DNA of 64,000 nucleotides from Podarcis tiliguerta (taxonomy: Eukaryota): assembly GCA_965153285.1 (NCBI GenBank), contig OZ229115.1; one strand, written 5' to 3'. Below the pieces are notes generated by a model. It made no database searches. It was not told where the DNA came from and was given only the letters and a program-made list of their open reading frames with translations. Below are positions 62,887-64,000 of this stretch, one piece after another (the stretch's first letter is position 1; each line of letters opens with the position of its first letter). The position numbers and the translations under genes were made by a program.

Positions 62887-63761
62887 GTAAATTTTGAGTC
62901 ACCTTTCACCATGTACACCAGTTTCTTGTTGGTTAAATGTAGCAGTGCTTTGGTGGTAGTTAGAACTTAACCTTGTTTACAAAACGTATTGCTATTTTTA
63001 AACTAAGTACTGTGTTCTTAGAATCTTAGAGCAAGAGACAAGCTTAAATAAACAAAAAAGAGGATGTACTTACTCCTGTGCTTATAGTACCAGGCGGTGG
63101 TGGAAAACTGAATGTGGATAATGTGCTTTTTTTTTAAGGAGTGACAATTTCTGTCTGTGAAGATTTTAACACTAGAACAGGAATATAGATGATAGATAAG
63201 TAGTAGTTACGAAAAAGGCTCTTTAAAATTAATTTGTACTCTTGCTGTCAATACCAGTTATATTGTGTATATATAATTTCTGTAAACTGCTTTTGATTTT
63301 TTTTAATGAAATGGCAATATAGAAGTATTTTAAAACAAATAAATAATGAAATAAACACCTGATGTTTCAGTTTAGGCTAATTTTGTATAATGTGCTGCGG
63401 AATGTAGCACACAGAGTACATCCTGGAATGTTTTCTTCTGGAGGGTGTGTGTGTTGGAGATTGGGATTGTGCTGTCCTATCCATTTTTTGATTCCATTTT
63501 TATACCAAGGCCTAATCCATATAATTTTATGCCTTGATTTTTGTAGTGTGTGAATTGTGTGGGCTGCACTGTCTACATATAGACCCCTAGGCAAATCTGA
63601 AATCCAGGGCTCAGGATTCCACCCACCTCCTATTAGCAAGTGTATGTTCAAAAGTTTGGTTTAGGACTTTGATATTTGCAGCATGAATCCACTGTACATT
63701 TGTTCTCTGGTTAAGAATACAGCTGTGGGCTGTTGTCCTGATTGTGTCTTGTCCTACCTAG

Positions 63762-63924
63762 ATGGAGTCATGGTCCAGATAACGGCTGAAAATATGGACT
63801 CCCTGAGGCAGGCTCTGAGGGAGATGAAAGACTTCACTATTGCCTGTGGTAAAGTGGATGCTGAAGAGCCTCAAGAACATGTGCACATTCAGTGGGTGGA
63901 TGATGACAAAAACTTCAACAAGGG
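63762..63924 (+). CDS. ZFYVE9: ZFYVE9 exon 16; gene continues past the right edge
   Basis: [55 protein letters not shown]; 163 nt. Confidence 0.97.
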
Positions 63925-64000
63925 GTAAATATAGGAGTATTTTCTTGATATTAAATGAGCTTGTTTGGTTTTATATGCTTTCTTGGTAAGGAAAAGATGG

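Overview
Vertebrate genomic DNA from a squamate reptile, probably a lacertid lizard (Sauria SINEs, squamate-type L2/RTE/Tc1/hAT repeats, many G/C homopolymer runs). Gene order matches human 1p32.3. (1) TXNDC12/ERp18 on the minus strand: coding exons 1-3 lie in the window and the gene runs off the left edge. (2) BTF3L4 on the plus strand, head-to-head with TXNDC12 across a ~1 kb promoter: complete, 5 coding exons, 477 nt = 158 aa + stop. (3) ZFYVE9/SARA on the plus strand: CpG-island exon 1, leader exon 2 and 14 coding exons (3803 nt in frame), running off the right edge. All exon boundaries were read by hand as GT-AG with consistent phases. The most interesting signal is missing from the ORF track because it is spliced: the first AUG of the ZFYVE9 leader (23342) opens a 46-codon upstream ORF across exons 1 and 2 (MQARRRSLLLPPPPE|DQAEYTDSIQLADWAVYIMDRHWFIRFFMHV*). 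It stops 44 nt before the main AUG. Skipping the 105-nt exon 2 would turn it into an out-of-frame ORF overlapping the SARA start codon, i.e. a candidate microprotein plus a splice-controlled translational switch. Comparisons to human sequences are from memory and need alignment.
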